Shown here: piece after piece, positions 50,643-64,000 of the stretch
How positions within the stretch are numbered: position 1 is the first letter of the stretch
How the letters are laid out: every line of letters begins with the position of its first letter
Notes under the pieces: model-generated
Seen by the model: the letters and a program-made list of their open reading frames with translations, nothing else
What the model was told of the DNA's origin: nothing
Databases searched by the model: none
NCBI RefSeq assembly: GCF_009914755.1
Contig: NC_060933.1
Source: the human T2T-CHM13v2.0 reference genome, Homo sapiens
DNA length: 64,000 nucleotides
Direction: 5' to 3' (one strand)
Made by a program: the position numbers and the translations under genes

Positions 50643-50991
50643 CAGTCATGTACTGCATAATGATGCTTTGGTCAATAATGGACTGAATGTAAAATGGTGG
50701 TCCCATAAGATTATAATACCGTATTTTTACTGTGCCTTTTCCATCTTGAGATATCTTTAGATACACAAATACTTACCATTGTGTCATAAATGCTTACAGT
50801 ATTGAATACAGTAACATGCTGTACAGGTTTGTAACCTAGGATCAACAGGCTATACCATAGAGGCTAGGTATGTAGTAGGTGTATACCGTCTAGCTTTGTG
50901 TAAGGACACTCCATGATATTCGCACAATGATGAAACTGCCTCATGATGCATTTCTCAGAATGTATCCCTGTCTTTAAGTGACACAGGACTG
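50643..50991 (+). mobile_element. Tigger3a (MER7A; TcMar-Tigger)
   Basis: TA|cagtcatg...ggtggtcccataagattataatacc...gcatttctcagaatgtatccc...gactg. Confidence 0.9.
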
Positions 50992-51204
50992 TGTATATAG
51001 TCAATTCTGCAGTCTTGTCTTCAGGTTAGAAGCATATGCCCCATTCTGGTTCATTCTCTCATGACATAGAACGCCAGGTTCTCCAACATATGCTCTCTAC
51101 AAGAAAAAAAAAAAAAGAAAGAAAAGGTAAGGCAGTGCACATTACTGAACTAGGAAAATATCTCTACCATTATTAATTCAACTTTGTATATTTTAGAAGA
51201 CAAT

Positions 51205-51410
51205 ACTAACAGCAATTACAGAGGTCTTCACGTGCCAGGTACAGTGCTAAGTGGTTTACATATAGTATCTTAATTAAGCCTCAAATCCCTTGAGAAGTAT
51301 TATCTCAATTTTTACAGATGAGAAAACAGGCTTAAGTTACACAGCTAGTAAATGGAACACTGGGATTCGAGCCCAGGCCATCCAATAAGTGGGTATTAAA
51401 TTCACTGCAT
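51205..51410 (-). mobile_element. MIR SINE
   Basis: gtgccaggtacagtgctaagtg...ttttacagatgagaaaacagg...gggattcgagcccagg. Confidence 0.8.
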
Positions 51411-51741
51411 TCTTGTAGTGTTCTTAGTTCTACCTGAATAATCACTGTAAAGGATCTCTCTTAAAGTGATATTTGTGGCTGTCTAAACTTAAAGATCCCA
51501 AGGAAAAGCGTGAAGATGTTAGGTGAAATGTTAAAATCATTCCCTTTTAAAATGGAGACAAAGGATAGCATTATACAGTGACTATATGTTAGATAAAAAC
51601 ATATCATGAATCTACAAATAAGGCTGTCACTCACCGACTATATTTCTCTAGGGAAGTTCCTTAAACTCTCAGTGCACAGTTTCCTGATATGCATAATGGG
51701 GGCCATAAAAATATTTGGTTCTTGAAAATAAATAACATAGG

Positions 51742-52218
51742 TATGATGGTTAATTTTAGGTGTCTACTTGACTGGGCTAAGGGATGTCCGGATAGCTGGT
51801 AAAACATTATTTTGGGGTGTGTCTGTGAGGGTGTTTTTGGGAGGTATTAGCATTTGAATGGGCAGACTGAGTAAGATCACTCTCACCAATGTGGGTGTGC
51901 ATCTTCCAATCCTTTGAGGGCCCAAGTAGAACAAAAAAGCAGAGGAAGGATGAATTTGCTATCTTTAGTTGGCTTGTGACATCAATCTTCTGCCCTTGCA
52001 TACTGGCATTCCTGGTTCTGGGGCCTTTGGACTCAGACTGAATCACACTACTGGCTTCCCTTGTCCTCTAGCCTGCCAATGGCAAACTGTAGGACTTTTC
52101 AGCCTCCAGAATTGTGTGAGCCAATTCCTATAATCAATTTCCTCATAGACAGATAGATGGATAGGCAGGCAGACAGACAGACAGAGCCTACTGTGTTTCT
52201 CTAGAGAACCCTAATGCA
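51742..52218 (+). mobile_element. MLT2 (C/D-like) ERVL solo LTR
   Basis: tgatggttaattttaggtgtctacttgactgggctaaggg...tttctctagagaaccctaa. Confidence 0.88.
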
Positions 52219-52786
52219 ATGATGAAATACATGTTAGTAATGGTCATTACTGTTGCTGGAAAACAGGTTTGAGGTGGAAGAATATTCTTTCTGATTTATT
52301 GGCCTTCCTAAGTGAGCTAAGATTACTGAGCTGAAGGTTGTTAAGACTACCTGCTCTTCTGCTTTTGTCTAAGAAGGAAATGAATCAGAGAAATAAGACT
52401 CCTGCTTCATATGTAAGAGTTTTATGGGGTAGTGACCAGTGATAAATGTGTTATTCTCTAACTATCAGGAGTTGGAGCGAAGCAGGCAGATGAGACCATT
52501 AAAAATATGAGCCCCTAAACACATTGGGGCTACTGCAGCTGGCTTTATATCCAGCTCATCAGAATGACATCTTAGATCTAGCCCTGCTCCTCCAGATCTC
52601 TCCAGGACTGGGTGCACAAAGCCAACCAAATGAACTCTGGTCCACAAAGAGACACTAACATTATGTCTGTTATAACCACATCTGCTCCAGGAAATATTTC
52701 ATGACCCATAAAAGTCCTCTATCTTGGTGGCCAGGAAGGGAAAATGCAATGGCTAAGTGATGAATTTCTCTTTTGGTTTGCGGCCA

Positions 52787-52950
52787 CGTCTTAGTTTGGC
52801 TGCTATAACATGCATTTATAATTCTGGAGTCTGGAAGTCCTAGATCAGGGTATGAGGTTCTTGGTGAGGGTTGTTTTCCTGGTTTAAAGATGGCCCCTCT
52901 TTATTGCTGTACCCTCACATGATGTAGGTGTGGAGATACACAGACACAGA

Positions 52951-52983
<33 letters not shown>

Positions 52984-52984
52984 C

Positions 52985-53024
<40 letters not shown>

Positions 53025-53193
53025 AAGTACATGAGCTCTGGCCTCTTTATCTTTTTGTAAAGGCATTAATCCCATTCATGAGGCCTCTGACCTCATGGCC
53101 TAATTACCTCCCAAAGGCCACACCGCTGAACACATTGAGAACTTAGGCTTCAACATACTAATTTTGAAAGGTACAAACATTCAGTCCACAGCA
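52787..53193 (-). mobile_element. MLT1A/MST-like MaLR solo LTR with internal (CA)n(GA)n
   Basis: gtcttagtttggctgctataaca...taattacctcccaaaggcc...acattcagtccacagca; TSD ggcca/agcca. Confidence 0.82.
52938..53022. repeat. (CA)n-(GA)n compound microsatellite
   Basis: Direct reading. Confidence 0.95.
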
Positions 53194-54489
53194 AGCCATG
53201 AAACCAAAAATGCTCTTATATTCTGGTTTTACATGTAGAGTATTAAAGAGAGCTTCATGCAGATGAACCTCACAGGATAACAGAAGTTGAAGTGTGTGGT
53301 TTTAACTTGTAAAGTTATTCCATACAGGGTATTTTACAATTTTTGAGTTAACGCAAGGCTATCCTATAATTTTCAATGAAGAATTTTGCATACTTCTATT
53401 AATGCTTGACATTCTAAAGCCATGAAACACACTTTCCGTTCCTCCACAGTCTCCCCAGCTGTCTACTTGCTGTCCCTTAAACATACTGAACCCATTCCTG
53501 ACTCCTAGATTTAGCTCCTTAGTGTTCCATTCTCCATGTGGAACACTTTTATCTCTGCATATTCAAACTTATCTAACCTTCACATTTTGTCCCAAGCCCC
53601 ATCTTATATTTAGATGTTAAGACTTCTCCAATTCCTGCCATCTCTAGTCACCTTGCTTACAACTGTGTATATTCCACAGTGAATTAATGTACTCTATGTG
53701 CCAGGAAGTGTGCTGGGCACTGGAGATGCAGCAGTGAACAAAACAGATGAGTGGTAAACAAGGCAGAGGAACAATCAGACAAAAATTAAAATTATATTTC
53801 TATAGTAAAAGGTAATATGGCAAGATTACCAAGACGGACTTCAGAATGAGAAGAGATCTCACCAGGTTTTCTGAGACCTAGGGTGATGCTAGATTGGGTC
53901 AGACCTCACTGTGAGCTGTCCTGGGAAAGAATCAAGGTTTGAGACTAGTAGTTACCACCACCCAATGAAGTGTAGATAGAAATAAACCACCAGTACACAC
54001 ACAGTTTATTGTGGATAAGTCTGGAGTTATGCAAAGCCTATCCTCTCCTCTCAAGATTTAGCGTACTGTACCATTAATGACACACTTCTTTGCCTCCTTT
54101 ATAAAATGAACAGGTCTTTTTAAGTTCTGGTAGTTATCGCTCTTTCAAAATATCATATCAATGCTATCTTTCTTCAAGCAGCATAAAGTGAATTTTGAAG
54201 TGTTTTATTCTGATGATGTCCCTTGAAAGATATCCACTTGTTAAGTATCTCTCATGTAATTTTCAGTCTAAAGTCCATCATCTGTAGACAGAAGTGAGGA
54301 CAGCACAGTTGGAAAGAGGCCTAAAGCTGTTATTTTAAACAAACAGCTAGTTACAAGTGCTGGTGAGGGAGAGCTTTTCCATTTCTCTTTTCATACACAG
54401 ACTAGCTTGTCACTGCAGCATTTGTGTCCCTCATCTGATCAGCTAGAGGGGTGTCCAGAAATCCCCTAGCTACAATAGCCACTTGCAAA

Positions 54490-54665
54490 CTCCAGATACA
54501 TCAAAACAATGATTAATAAAATATATCTATAAGCGTGTTTACAGTCACAGGGGGTTAAGAGGGAAATGAAATAGCAGCTATTGCAAACTCCTTTCCCCTG
54601 GAATTCATAATTTATTTACCTTGTCTGTCCTGTTCCCGGTGTGGCTACAATCAATTGCATTCCAT
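54490..54665. promoter_or_regulatory. Candidate developmental enhancer (TCF/SOX/homeodomain/FOX/TEAD motifs)
   Basis: acatcaaaacaatgattaataaaa, tgtttac and gcattcca in non-repeat DNA. Confidence 0.35.
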
Positions 54666-54846
54666 GTCAACTCCTAGTACCACAGTCTACTGTGCCTGCA
54701 TTTCTAGCTGTACACACTAAAAATTCTATGAACACTTTCAAGAAAATATCAACATCTACATATTAGTTATCCAGGTGAAATATAACTGCTACTAGAAAAC
54801 GATCTGGGGGGCCTATTCTTCCCTGTAGAAGTGTCCTTAGAGAGAA

Positions 54847-55262
54847 GTATATTAATCAGGGTAGGCTAAGTGAGGAAAGAACCCCAAAACCTCAATGACT
54901 TAATATAATCAACAATTATTTCTCATCTATGCCAAATGTAATGTGGATATTCCTGGTCTGGCTGTTCTCCTAAACACAAACTAGGGGATCCAGGTTCCTT
55001 CCAACTTTTACTGTTTGCAACTGCAACATAACATACCACTATTTTCATGCAATAATATGAGTGTAGGCATGGCCTACCAAAAATTTAACCACCTCTTCCA
55101 AAGTAACACATAATAATTTAGGTTCACATTAAATAAGCCAGAAATAGCCAAAGGCCTCACCTAGATTCAAGAGCCTTGGGAAATGTAAACCCGGCAAAAT
55201 GGCATTCAACCTCCTGGAAAGGGAATGCCACGTTGCCGGTGATCAGCTAGCCATCTCTGTTC
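54847..55262 (-). mobile_element. Old MLT1 (K/L-like) LTR
   Basis: ccccaaaacctcaatgacttaa...ggatccaggttccttcca...gggaaatgta...cagctagccatctctg. Confidence 0.55.
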
Positions 55263-55379
55263 TGAGGACCTAATGTAGACATATTTTTTAAAAACACACA
55301 CACACACATGATCTACCAATCTCAACTCTTACCAATCCTCCAGGAGATTATCAATGCCTGGCTCCTAAGTCCTCACAGT

Positions 55380-55555
55380 GATACAGTCCCGGTTTAAAGA
55401 CAGGGGCTTAGGAGGCCAACAAACCTAGATTCAAATTCTAACCCATCACCTAGCAGTGGTGTGACCTTGTGCAGATAGCATATCCCTTCTCTGCTTCACC
55501 TCAACAATGGAGATAACCCTCATATTTTATTCACAGGGTTGTTGTGAAAATTAAA
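55380..55555 (+). mobile_element. MIR SINE
   Basis: aacctagattcaaattct...gtgtgaccttg...cagggttgttgtgaaaattaaatga. Confidence 0.75.
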
Positions 55556-55999
55556 TGATGGGGCGTCTCAATAAAGATACCCCCAAAATGAGAACAAAAG
55601 CTGTTTAATTAGAACTTGATGTAACAAGGAGTCAGCCACTGTCACTTGCATTTGCCAGAGTCAAGGTCAGGCAGGGAATGAGAAAACTTTATAATGAAAA
55701 AAGGGAAGGCTTCAGGTATGCTTTGATTGGAGGCTGCTGGCATGGGGAAGCTAGATGGGCTAACCAGGACCAGACATCTTAAGTGATTGGCTTGCGAAGC
55801 ATATTGGACTTTCTCTGCTTGATCCTGAGTGGTAACTGGCAAAAATTAGGGGAGCAGAGGGTCACTAACCAAGTCCTGATAATAATGGGCTGATGCTACA
55901 GAAGTTGTGGTGTGGTGCCCCGGGTTGGTGGCTGTGCAGTTCCTGAGTCACTTGTCACACATGGTCTGGCCTTTGCCCCTTTGCTTGCTCAGTCTCTCA
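55556..55999 (-). mobile_element. MER90-like ERV1 LTR
   Basis: gggaaggcttcaggtatgctttgattggagg...gcatattggactttctct...atggtctggcc...cagtctctca. Confidence 0.6.
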
Positions 56000-56734
56000 T
56001 GAGCCATTATTTTTTCCAAATTGGATGGTGGGTCTACTCTTCTTTCACAGACAAAGGTGATCTTCCCAGTTCTCCACTCCTATGGAAGAACTTTAATCAG
56101 AATTTTTATGTTCTTAGGCCCTTGTGTTAAGGGATGAGAGGCAGGGAAAATACAAGACAATAGCTTTAAATTCTGTGCTGTCTGGCAAAGCCAGGTCTAC
56201 CACTAAGCTACACTGCATAGAGCAAATCTCTCCATAGCCAGGTGAAGCCACTATTAAAGAGCAATAGTGTGTTCTACAGTGCTGTGAATGAATGGGCTTT
56301 CCAGGATGCTGGAGAGCTGAGGGCAGAGAAACAGTGCTCAGAAATGCCTACACACTGATTGCCATTTCCCCCAGGTGAGGATGGAATGCTCTGACCTGAG
56401 TTTGGCTCAACAACCAGCAGAGCCTAAAGTTTGCAAATATCTCCTTGAAGAATTAAGTACAGAGATTTTATTGAGTGTGTAGATTCGTTATGAATGGTGA
56501 GCAAAGGCACAATATAAAGTGACTCTGACCCAGCACAAACTTAAGCTTCTTGGATCCTGCAAGACCTTACCTTACATGGATAATGTTACCAGCAGCTACA
56601 TGCCCCCACCTCACCCATTACAGACTCTGGGGTCCAGGTGAAGCGGCAGGAAGATATTCTGCAGCTGCTTTTGCTGTGTGTTGTCATATCGCTTCTGCTA
56701 AGTTTCTGTATCCTTGACTAAGCCTCACACAGCA

Positions 56735-56757
56735 TGTGTGTGTGTGTGTGTGTGTGT
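56735..56757. repeat. (TG)n microsatellite
   Basis: Direct reading. Confidence 0.95.
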
Positions 56758-57884
56758 ATACATGCACACTTGCACTCCAGGGTTTGGATGGTTTTCATCA
56801 TTAAAACATAGACCACTTGAAATTATGTAGGTGTCCTGGGTCAGACTACAGGTGGTGGCCAGTCTCAGCCACAAGCCTCAAAAGAGACATGTAGCACATT
56901 TGAAGAAAGCAACCAGGACAAAGAGAGACTTAAATAAATGACACATGAGAATGAATAGTTGAAGAATGAAAGGAAGGAAGGAACTAGGGGATGTTAAACC
57001 TGGAAAAACTGATTCCTGCTAATAGCACCATCCAAAAATTCAATGTGTTTTCCCTGGATTGGCAGGAGGTAAACTAGCTAAGTCTCTATCCCGGGACACA
57101 TTTGAACAAATGTAACAATACTATGTTTGAAATGTTCATTGACTCCTTCTGTCCACCTCTAAGACTTTTCTTTTCCCTCGTAGCCCTTGATTCTTTACAA
57201 GCAGCCAAGATGCCTGTCCTCATTGCCTCTGGGAAGGGATGAACACAAAGCAGAGGAAAATGGAGCCCTTTTTTATATTTGTATTCCAAAGTCTAGACTC
57301 CAGGGAATGAGAACGGGAAAAAAAAATCTCCCACTATACTAGAAACCAAAACCATGCTCTGAGGCAGAAGGTGGAGACAGACTTAGAGGTTTTTGAACTC
57401 AGAGTCTGTGAAGCTCAGGATGACAGCATTTACCTGGAGAGACCCTGTAGGCAAGAACCAAGTCAACATTTGCAGATGGTCCAAATTTCCCTGGAACAAG
57501 GTCCATACACACTGCCTGTGCCTCAGGGTGCTGCATTCTGCCTGCTTCAGTATTTTAAGTACACGGATGCCTGCCCGGGAGGCAAGAAGCATGTGAGGGG
57601 CAAGACTTCGCACAGCCCCTGGAAGACTCATCTCCTGAGGGGAACTCACTCCCACTACAGCCTCACAACAGTCCAGATGTTTAGACTTCAGAGATTAAAG
57701 GGCGGAGAGTGGAATGCTAAGCACCTAGCAAGATGAATTTGGTGATAAAAGGCCTAACTACTACGCTTTGGCAGAGTTGAAGAGACCAACCCCACATCCC
57801 CCTGAGCCAGGAAAGTAGAAAATTACACACAGACTGAATGATCACTTGGCATGGGGTTATGTAAAGGAAATCAAATTAGGAGTC

Positions 57885-58456
57885 TGTGATAGTTGGGGTT
57901 CTCCAGAGAAACAGAACCAATAGGGCGTGTGTGTGTGTGTGTGTGTGTGTTTGTGTGTGTAAAGGGACTTATCATAAAGAACTTGCTCATGTGATTATGA
58001 ATGCTGAAAAGTCCTAACAGCTGCAGGGTGAGTTGGCAAGCTCAGAGACCCAGAGGAAATGGGATATAGTTACAGTCTCAGTTCCAAGGCCTGTGAATCA
58101 GAAGAGCTGATGGTGTAGTCCCAGTTGGAAGGTCAGCAGGTTCAAGACTCAGGAAGAGCCGATGTTTCAGTTCAAGTCCAAAGGCAGAAAAAAGCCAACA
58201 TGTTAGTTCTAACGCAGTCAAGCAGGAGGAAGTCTCTCTTACTTGGGGGAGGGTCAGACTTTTTTGTTCTAGAAGCTCTCAACTGCTTGGATGAGGCCCG
58301 TCTACATTAGAGGACAATCTGCTTTATTCAGTCTATCAATTCAAATACTAATCTCCTCCAGAAATATCCTCACAGACACACCCAGAGTAATGTTTGGCCA
58401 ACTTTCTGGGTACTCTGTGGCCTAGTCAAGTTGACTTGCAAAATTAACCATCAACA
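57885..58456 (-). mobile_element. MLT2B-like ERVL solo LTR with internal (TG)n
   Basis: gggttctccagagaaacagaaccaatagg...ctagtcaagttgac...aaattaaccatca; TSD gagtc/gggtc. Confidence 0.88.
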
Positions 58457-58819
58457 GGGTCTCAATGGGATGATGATGAAGACCTTTCCAAACATAGATC
58501 TACGGTGTTTAATCAGGAGGGGATACAGGCATCCAGAACTTGGAAAAAAAGAAAATGCACTGGGGAATTTGTTGAGGCTTATTATGTTTGCCTTATCTTG
58601 CTGATGTTTCTTTCTAGGAATATTTCAGTGTAGCCAGTCTGTGTTCATCTTCAGTGGAGCATCCAGCTATGGCATAAGTGCTTTGCACAGTTTTGTAGTT
58701 AAATCCATGTTATTTATCCAGCATAAAACCAATTTTTTAGAGACATAAATAGCAAAAATTTTCCAAGGCTATAAAAATTGTTCTTCCAACTTTCCGGATA
58801 ACCTGATCTTCTGGACCCA

Positions 58820-59065
58820 GTCAAGTCAGTACAACGTGGTGATTAAAATCACATGTTCTAGAATATACAGGCCCAGATTCAAACCCTGGCTCTGCCAAGA
58901 CATTCACAATGAACTTCAGCAAGTTATTTAAAATCTTTGAACCTCAGTTTCCATATCTACAAATGTGAAGATAGTGACTCTGCTTACACTTATTACATCA
59001 GAGGATGCCAGTAAATAACTTAGCCCTGTATTTGCCACAGCCCAAATGCTTAAGATGTATTAGAA
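58820..59065 (+). mobile_element. MIR SINE
   Basis: gattcaaaccctggctctgcca...caagttattt...cctcagtttcc. Confidence 0.75.
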
Positions 59066-59691
59066 GTGGTTGTAATAACTTGGATGGAGTTCTTTAAAAT
59101 GTGCTGCCGGCATTGCCCTGACAACTTTTAAAAACACTTCCTCTACTTATCCTTTCTCTTCCTCTTGCATCCCATAACTTAACTATCCATAACAACTACC
59201 ACTGATTTTCAAGGTTAGCAGATAGATTTCTGGCTGAAATACTGGAGGATAATTTCTCCAGAAACCAAGGAAGCCATTTACGAAGGGCAGGTATTTGACT
59301 TGCATGCCAGAAAGGTGGAAACCAGAGAACAAAGATAAATAATCCTATTTCCTCCTTCAAATTAAAGCTTTGTGTGCATGCATGTGCACCAGAAAATACT
59401 GACTTAATCAGAAGCATTCAACTAAGATTAGAAAGAGTAAAATACAGCCTCAGAACTGAGGGAAGCACAGTAAACAAGCAGTTATTTCTACAAAATCCAA
59501 CCTCATGACAATGCTCAGTATCACTGATATGTGGATATGAGCAATTCCAGAAAGTAGAATAATCGCACCATTTGACAATAATGTAAATGCTATCTCCTTT
59601 ACTATGTTGCTTTACCTCTGGCTGTGAGTCCGGAATTTTCCAGAGAGAAGACACTCAAGAAAGATGTTGCCTTGACTACTTTTAAAGATAG

Positions 59692-59727
59692 ATTTCTAGA
59701 TGCAAATGTATTTCTAGATGCAAATTT
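59692..59727 (+). repeat. 18-bp tandem duplication carrying two ATGCAAAT octamers
   Basis: atttctagatgcaaatgt / atttctagatgcaaattt. Confidence 0.9.
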
Positions 59728-60094
59728 TCAGTCACATAAAAAAAAAAAACCAGCAGGTCAGCTATAGTCTTGTTATTATTTTAAACTACACTGGTTTCAA
59801 CCAACGGTTTCAAGAGGTAGATGACTTTGAAAGGATAGTTTCTTTAGAGAAAGTTTCACAGACATTATCAGTCAAGGGAGATACCACATGACTGAATCGT
59901 CATTATCCCATATGGAAAGAGTACCTTTCTGCACAAGATATTTGTCAACAATTATCTCTAATATATATGAAAGATCTTTCTATTTTGATAGGATTTTTTG
60001 TATATATATATTTCTATTAAATACATATGGTGAAATTTTATCCATAGTAAAAGAAAATTCCTATCCTCTCCTGGTAAGAAATTATGTCAAAATG

Positions 60095-61320
<1,226 letters not shown>

Positions 61321-61424
61321 AACAAAAAACATCTCCTTTGTGAATTTCTCTTCCTGTCTCTTATTTTGCTCCATATATATATATGTATGTATACGTGTGT
61401 GCGTATATATATATAAATATATAT

Positions 61425-61890
61425 GACACCCACTAACAGCGTCTTCATTTCCCCTTGAGGAATATGCTTTCCTGATTCTCACTCCTTCAATTCCTGCATT
61501 GTGGCAAGCAGGAAAGCCATGTGATTCAGTCTTGGTGAGAGGAGGATATCCTTTTAGCCAGTGTGATAGTTAAGAGACAAGGTGTACCCTAACCTGGGCC
61601 AATGAGATCAGACTAGGAAGTCCTGAATTAGGACTTCTCTTCAGATCGCAGAGAAAGAGCCTGACGTAAAGTGTGAAAATGTAAGCATGGAGCTGCAGGC
61701 GGACATCTGGCTCCACCAAGGGAAAGCCTGCCTAAAATGGAGCCAACACAGAGGAGAGATGGCACGATACTGTGTGAGCTGCTGAGTTCACATGTGCCTG
61801 AAGGCAGACCTATCTCTGTACTTTCAGTTTTGTGGCCAATACATTTCACTTCTCATTAAGCCAATCTCAGCTGGGTTTTTTGTCACTTGC
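61425..61890 (+). mobile_element. Old MLT1 (K/L-like) LTR
   Basis: gggccaatgagatc...ggagctgcaggcggacatc...tgcctgaagg...ttcagttttgtggccaatacatt...tgtcacttgc. Confidence 0.55.
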
Positions 61891-62154
61891 CATTATCTCT
61901 TCTCCTCCTGGCCAAAGAATGACGTGTGATGTCCACGGGAAAGTATTACATATTTGGTAGTTTTCCCACCAGTGAAAAATTGATGGGAATGCTTAAGTGA
62001 TTTTAAAAACCCACTAGTTAGCTCTTCTAAAATTACGGATGGTGGTAAATGAATAGACAATTTGACAAGCCAGAGGATGCTCATGGTATGGTCCCCTCTA
62101 CTCAATGTATCTCAAGATAATCCTAGACAAGATGAACACAAGAAGCAAAATAAC

Positions 62155-62322
62155 TCTTACTAGCTGTGTGACTTTAGGCAAGTTGTTTAACCAGAGTCTC
62201 AGTTTCCTCATTTTAAGAGAAGGCTAATGGCAGTATCTACTTCTTGGGTTTTTAGGACAGTTACATTAAACCATGTACATGAAGTCCCCGCCCTAAGGTA
62301 AGTCCTCAATAAATATTTGTTG
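62155..62322 (+). mobile_element. MIR SINE
   Basis: ttactagctgtgtgactttaggcaagtt...tctcagtttcctcat. Confidence 0.8.
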
Positions 62323-62556
62323 TATTACTCTTTCTAAGACACTAGTAATCTTTACCTATACTAAAAAGCCCCAGTGGTTCTCCCTTCTCTTAACAAAAAT
62401 CTTATGCATTCTTCAAGTCCCACCACCTCCTCCAGGAAAATCTCCCTTGATTACTTCAATACACAATGTAGTGATTTCTTTTTTTCTGGATTTCCAAACC
62501 ATTTGCTACAAATGTGTGTCTGATACCCTTATCTTATTTTGTCATAAACTGAATTT

Positions 62557-63296
<740 letters not shown>

Positions 63297-63679
63297 ATTT
63301 TAGCTTTTGCACATTTTAAATTGTTCCACTAGGTTCATTAGCTCTTTGATCATAGGAATGCTTCACATTTGTCTTTGCCCTCTGTGTTGTTCAACATATA
63401 CAGTGGGTGCTCAACATTTTGCCACTTGATAGGAGCCTATAAAGAAGCAACCATTTCACAAAGACAGCTTTGCTATGTGCTATTAATCTATCTGACCTTA
63501 TGCAGTTAAAAATACCTCCACGCACACACAAAAACCTTGCAGGTCTATCACTGTTTGAGTTGTAAACAATGGGGAAAATGCCAAACATGAAAACAGAGTG
63601 AAAATATTACAATGGGATAGTCGAAGTGAATGCATACTGACACATCCTTACCCCCTAACAAAAAGCTAAGATCAGTCGA

Positions 63680-63990
63680 ATTCATGTCACAGGGAACTGG
63701 TCCAAAAAATCAGCAATGTTTCACCTAGAGAAAAGAAAAATGTAGCTGGCACAGAGGGCAATAAAAAAGTATCTTCAAATAGCTGAAAGGCTATTACAAA
63801 AAAAAAAAGACTAGGTATGTTCTGTATTGCACTAGACAATAACAACACCAGAATCAATGTTTAGATGTTACAGAGAGATACATCTTTATATAATGAGGAA
63901 GAACTGTCCTACAAAGATGGCCCAAGGTCCAATAGTCAACCTCAGGAAGTAGGCAAATTCCTGCTCCAGTAGTACTCAAGTACAAGGTGT
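63680..63990 (+). mobile_element. L3/CR1 LINE fragment
   Basis: atgtttcacctagagaaaagaa...tatcttcaaatagctgaaaggct...gaggaagaactgtcc. Confidence 0.6.
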
Positions 63991-64000
63991 GGCATAGAGT

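Noticed and set aside
57371-57736. 121-aa ORF in unique sequence
   Set aside because: GTG start, no recognisable homology, no supporting exon structure; the length is expected by chance.

Overview
This window is AT-rich, CpG-depleted simian primate genomic DNA, most likely human or another catarrhine. The species call rests on AluJ/AluS, THE1, MST and MER85 elements; the species and locus cannot be fixed from sequence alone. I found no protein-coding gene, processed pseudogene, tRNA/rRNA, CpG island, CRISPR array or prokaryotic/viral system. The ORF track is explained by Alu/LTR/L2 sequence, microsatellites and chance. The window looks intergenic or intronic and is dominated by old repeats (MIR, L2, L3/CR1, L1M, MaLR/ERVL/ERV1 solo LTRs, hAT and Tigger DNA transposons), plus 8 Alus and no recognisable young L1PA. 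The most notable observations are: (1) a probable rare, ancient LF-SINE relic at about 11.87-12.11 kb; (2) a 93-nt near-perfect pre-miRNA-like hairpin at 1195-1287, overlapping a minus-strand AATAAA and a candidate terminal exon; (3) a five-layer nested transposon stack at 3.8-5.7 kb with readable target-site duplications; (4) a piggyBac MER85 MITE with a clipped terminal repeat; (5) a locally templated 80-bp insertion inside an L1; and (6) several motif-dense candidate enhancers. Repeat family calls come from recalled consensus sequences, so subfamily names and the edges of old elements are approximate. I cannot support a claim of a new multi-gene biological system here.
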